Below the pieces are notes generated by a model. That model worked only from the letters and a program-made list of their open reading frames with translations, had not been told where the DNA came from and did not search any database. The position numbers were made by a program, and so were the translations under genes. Below, piece by piece: positions 60,027 through 64,000 of a DNA stretch of 64,000 nucleotides; position 1 is the first letter of the stretch, and each line of letters starts with the position of its first letter. Origin of the DNA: Emiliania huxleyi CCMP1516 (lineage: Eukaryota); assembly GCF_000372725.1 (NCBI RefSeq), contig NW_005202113.1:1-64000 (forward strand). The letters run 5' to 3'.

Positions 60027-61430
60027 CTACACCAACGCTGGGACATCTACGATTTCGCCGTTGCGGCTCGTAACCAGAGCCCGCTCATGTGTACGACATG
60101 AGCACTTGGAGAGCTTCGCATAAGGGCACATCTGGTCAAGGAGCGCCGGCCTCTGAAGGTGGAGAGGCTCGGGCGGCGGGCCGCTGCGCTCCCACCAGCA
60201 CGCGCGGCTAAGCGTGCCGGTCGCAACGTGGCGCGCCAGAGTGACATCGCGCTCGGTCACAAGCAGCCCCCAGTGCAGGCTGAGATTGGTGCTCAGAGCG
60301 TGCCACGGCCATAGCGCGTGTGTGCCCAGGTAAGGCGAGAACCGGGAGAGCGCCATCGCGTACTCGTTCAGACGGCGCGTCGCGTCGCCCATCGCATCGA
60401 CCGCATCGGGGGCGCCGAGAAAGAGCCAATCGATCATCCAGTACGTGAACTCTGCCGGTGAGCGCCCGCCGTATGTCACGGGACACTGCTGTCCGCCAAG
60501 CGTGCATGACGTCGCGCCACTCGGCGTGACGGCCGGCTCTCCTTGGCAGCGTCCCGGGCAGTAGAAGGGGAAGACGACGTCGCGTCCAGCCAAGCCGAAG
60601 ACGGCGGGCGGCAGTCTCAGCGGCCGCAGCAGCGCTATGTCGTGCCGAGCCACGAGCACCAGATCGTACTTTTCGCCCACCTCGAGCTCGTGCTCGCGGC
60701 GAAGCGACAGAGCCTTTTCGAGCGACAGCACTTGCGACACGGTCCTCTCGCAGCCAATCGCAGGCACACGGCAGCGGAAGACGAGGTCGCTGGAGGACGA
60801 GGCGGTGGTGTTGGCGTAGCGCGTTGGCTCGTGCTTCTGACGGCGGATCATGCCACGCCACAGCTCCGTGAATGAAGTCGACGCTTCCGGCGACCAGCTG
60901 TGGGCAAAGACGTCAAAGGATATGTCGCGTGCATTGGATTGAAGCAGTTGGCTTGTCCAAGCAGCGTGCGCTACCTGAAGCAACCGCTCGTTCGCGCGAT
61001 GTCGAGGCAGCATACTTTGTGAGCGCAAGGCCGAGCCACTCTGCTCGTCGAAGTGTCCATGCTTACCGAAGAATACAAGCGCCACACGCTTCTTGCGCCG
61101 CGGCAGAGCAGTGCCGCCTCGGCTCACCATACCGCTGCGGAAGAGCCGCTCGGACTTGATATCTTCCAAGCTACACTCATGGTACCAGCTGCAGTCTTGA
61201 TATTGGAGCGAAACCGTGACGTACCTGCACTGCTCACAGCTTCGGCATTTGAGGACGCACTCATGGATTGCAGTGGGCCAGCCGCGCTTTGCATCCTGGC
61301 TGCTCAGGCCAAACGAGCCGACAAGTCCCATAGAGCAGTCGCCAGTGGCACCCGAGGTGATTCCACAGTGGCCGAAGTGCCAGGCGGTGCCGCCGTGCAC
61401 GCTCCTGTCCCGCCATGTGTTGTTCGCCAT
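60027..61430 (-). CDS. Cys-rich (PAN/apple-like) domain plus putative glycosyltransferase-like domain, intronless
   Basis: CVLKCRSCEQCRYVTVS..DCSWYHEC; RVALVFFG, DVFAHSW, YDLVLVARHD. Confidence 0.6.
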   Translation of the reverse strand: MANNTWRDRSVHGGTAWHFGHCGITSGATGDCSMGLVGSFGLSSQDAKRGWPTAIHECVLKCRSCEQCRYVTVSLQYQDCSWYHECSLEDIKSERLFRSGMVSRGGTALPRRKKRVALVFFGKHGHFDEQSGSALRSQSMLPRHRANERLLQVAHAAWTSQLLQSNARDISFDVFAHSWSPEASTSFTELWRGMIRRQKHEPTRYANTTASSSSDLVFRCRVPAIGCERTVSQVLSLEKALSLRREHELEVGEKYDLVLVARHDIALLRPLRLPPAVFGLAGRDVVFPFYCPGRCQGEPAVTPSGATSCTLGGQQCPVTYGGRSPAEFTYWMIDWLFLGAPDAVDAMGDATRRLNEYAMALSRFSPYLGTHALWPWHALSTNLSLHWGLLVTERDVTLARHVATGTLSRACWWERSGPPPEPLHLQRPALLDQMCPYAKLSKCSCRTHERALVTSRNGEIVDVPALV

Positions 61431-61802
61431 GGCGGTGCTGGACTGGTCGGGATGATATGATGTTGAGGTAGCTCTCTGCGTAATACAGTATAGAAAAACG
61501 CTACGCGTAACTCCAGAAATACCCATAGAAATCAACCCTAACCCTAACCATAGGTTGTACCCGTTCACCACTACACAGCAACAAATCACCCTAAACGAAC
61601 GCGGGAATCCAGAGTTCAAGTGCTCCAAGTTCACCTCAGCAACGCGCCCCAAAACGCAAAAAACACGCAAAATCCACTTCCCGGAAATCGTCGTCCAGAC
61701 TCGACCCAGCTTGACTCCGCTGAGTTGGGATCGGTCCTGTTGCATTTCTTCCCCGCCCTCCAAGTGCTCCTCCCCTCCCCAGAGGGGCATCCACCCATCC
61801 CT

Positions 61803-62149
61803 AAGAAAGAAAGAAAACAGACAACCCAAGGGAGGGATGGGAGGACGGCACGCCGCCACCACACAGGGATTTTAAGGAGAGGAGTGTGATGCGCTAGCCG
61901 TCGCCCACCCTAGGGAGTCTGCCTCTTCCTATCTCTTTTCGCAGTCTCTCGCCGATTCTCGCTGCAACCTTCATGCCACCTCGCGGCCGTCCCACTCTCG
62001 TCGTTCTCTCCCTTGTCACTTCCTCCTCTGTCGCGTCATTCTCTTCTGCCTCGTCCTGCGCCGCCGCCGCCTGCCGTTCCCTTGTTCTCTCGGCTTCTTT
62101 CGCCTTTCGGCGCAGCTCCGCCCTCCTTGCTGCATATCCTGGCCCCTCG
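61803..62149 (-). mobile_element. 347-bp truncated family B retroelement with ORF end, UTR, tail and 14-bp TSD
   Basis: ATCCACCCATCCCT at 61789-61802 and 62150-62163; the ORF ends RPRGGMKVAARIGE...RVGDG* at 61894. Confidence 0.85.
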
Positions 62150-62207
62150 ATCCACCCATCCCTCCTCAAATCGCGATTTCCGCATTTCTTCCCCGCCAAA
62201 GTGCGTG

Positions 62208-64000
62208 ATGGTCGCGCACGGCCCCGTGCTTCGCACGCTCTACGGCTCGCTGCTTCGGACGGCACGATCGATTGAGGCCCTGACCAACAAGCATAACGCG
62301 CACTTTGTCGGGCAGGTCCTGCGGAGGTCGACGATCAAGCAGTTTGCTGAGGCCTCTCTCGTGTCGCTCGTCTCGAAGCCCTTCTCTGCGGCCGACGGCT
62401 CGAGCCCGGCGTCGCTCGTGCGCGAGGCTTTCCGTGGCAGAGGCCGGCACCTCGCTGCGACCGAGGCGCGATCCACTTGCCCGCCGTCGCATTCGCTCGA
62501 CGACGCGTTCGCCGCCCTCCGCATCGGGAACGATATCTTGTCGTGGCTCCGCCTGAACGGCACGCTGCACAGGCTGCACGAGACCGATGCGGACGTGCTG
62601 GAGGGCGCCTGCGCCATTGCGGACGCGTTGCGCGGCGACGGCGAGCATTGCCTGCGCGGAACGCTGGCCGAGATCGAGCGCTACGCCACCGAGGCAGCCG
62701 ATTCTTGTGTGAAGTAGCTCGGAGATCTCTCGGACCCAGCCGCCAACTTGCGAGTAGGTCGAGTCGCTGCTCGAGGCGGACAGCGTCGCGCGCGGCGAGG
62801 TGAAAGGAGGGACGAGCACGCACACACACCGAGGCTCACACACTTTCAGCGGCCCTCGGCGCCTCGGTTGCAGGTGGAGGACCTGCTTGAGATTGCCGAC
62901 GAGGTCAAGACGCTGCTTGAGGCGGACGGGGCGAGGCTCGCGGGCGATGCGGCGGGCCGGCTCCGGACGCTGCAGCGCATCAACACGATCCTGTACGACA
63001 AGCTCGGCCTCAAGGGCCACTACGGCTCGGGTGACTTTGCGGACATCTCCCGCGGCAGCGGCATTGACCAGGCGCTCGCGCGGCGGCGCGGGCTGCCCAT
63101 CGCTCTGTGCGTTATCTACCGCGCGGTCGCGTCGCGGCTCGGGCTGCCGGTCCAGGTCACAAACTTCCCGAACCACGTGCTGCTGCGCCTCGAGACGGAG
63201 GGCGAGGGAGCGGTGCAGACGGCGGAGGGAAGCGAGGCAGAGGCTGGCGCGGGCGTCGACGTCTCTGCCGTGACGGGCCTCTTTGTCGCCGACTACGGCC
63301 CGCACGGCCCCGAGGTGGTGGACGTGCAGGTGGGGCGCTATTGGGGCGAGGTGCGGCTGGTGGCGACCAAGGTCACCGGCGACGCGCACGTCCCGGTGAG
63401 ATCGCCCTTTTCACCAGAGACCTCCCGCAGAGGGTCGAGACCGCCAGAGAGAATCTGAGATGGTCAGAGATGACCGGCGACGCTCGCGAGATCACCCGAG
63501 ACCACGCTGGGGCGAGCGTGGGTGCCGAGAGGTCGCGACTCGATGTAGGCGGGGCAGCAGAGCTGGTGGGCGAGGCTGGCGGCGGGCGACGGCGGCGCAG
63601 ACCCCCCTGTGGGCGTCGGGGCCGAGGCGCTGCCCCTCGTGCCGCCCCTTCCCTCGAGCGCGCCTCTCAAGCTCGAGGCGGGCGTGCAGCTCGCCGACGA
63701 GGGGTTCGTTAACCCGCGCTGGGAGGAGGGAGCGAGCCTCGAGGCGACGGCGGCGAGGGGAGAGGAAAAGAAGTCACACACACCCGCACCTCGAGCTCCG
63801 TGCGCACGCGCTTGCAGGTGCGGTCGGCGAGCAGCCTGCTGCTCACCTTCGGCGAGGCGCGAGGCAGCGATGCGGCCGCGCCGCCGCTGCTGTTTGAGCG
63901 GTGCGACCCGGCCGGCCTCTGGTTTGTCGACGCGTTTCGCGGGGGCGCGCTGCTCCCGCCGCAGGTGTGCGCCGAGATCCTGGCGCGCACCGGCATGCCT
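62208..64000 (+). CDS. SirB1/Transglut_core2 (FBXO21-like) domain protein, spliced, runs off the window
   Basis: INTILYDKLGLKG..IDQALARRRGLPIALCVIYRAVASRLGL..NFPNHVLLR. Confidence 0.8.

Noticed and set aside
61535..61550. Telomeric CCCTAA repeats
   Set aside because: Only about two units.

Overview
GC-rich eukaryotic genomic DNA with many short introns, apparent GC-AG donors, intronic 10-11-nt minisatellites and two 100-N gaps. This resembles a haptophyte such as Emiliania huxleyi (inference from composition and gene style). About 20 host genes are recognisable: ClpP, two TauE/SafE transporters, two MYND-TPR genes with lesions, BTB, OS-9-like lectin, HemK/PrmC, DUF3429, a GT77-like transferase, GST, peptidase C69, SWEET, F-box/LRR, AhpC/TSA-like, a two-domain membrane adenylate cyclase and a SirB1/transglutaminase-like gene. 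The most striking element is a 5191-bp DNA transposon (13210-18400) with about 1.1-kb terminal inverted repeats and an AT target duplication. It encodes a THAP-like/DDE transposase of ISL2EU type and, convergently, an EXO1/XPG-type nuclease ORF where ISL2EU normally carries a YqaJ exonuclease. Both start codons lie at the inner tips of the TIRs. A second system is a set of truncated retroelement-like ends with T-rich (TTTC/TTTA)n tails and 11-14-bp TSDs, about 12 of which are stacked head-to-tail at 19365-20980. Exon boundaries and identities are read by eye and approximate.
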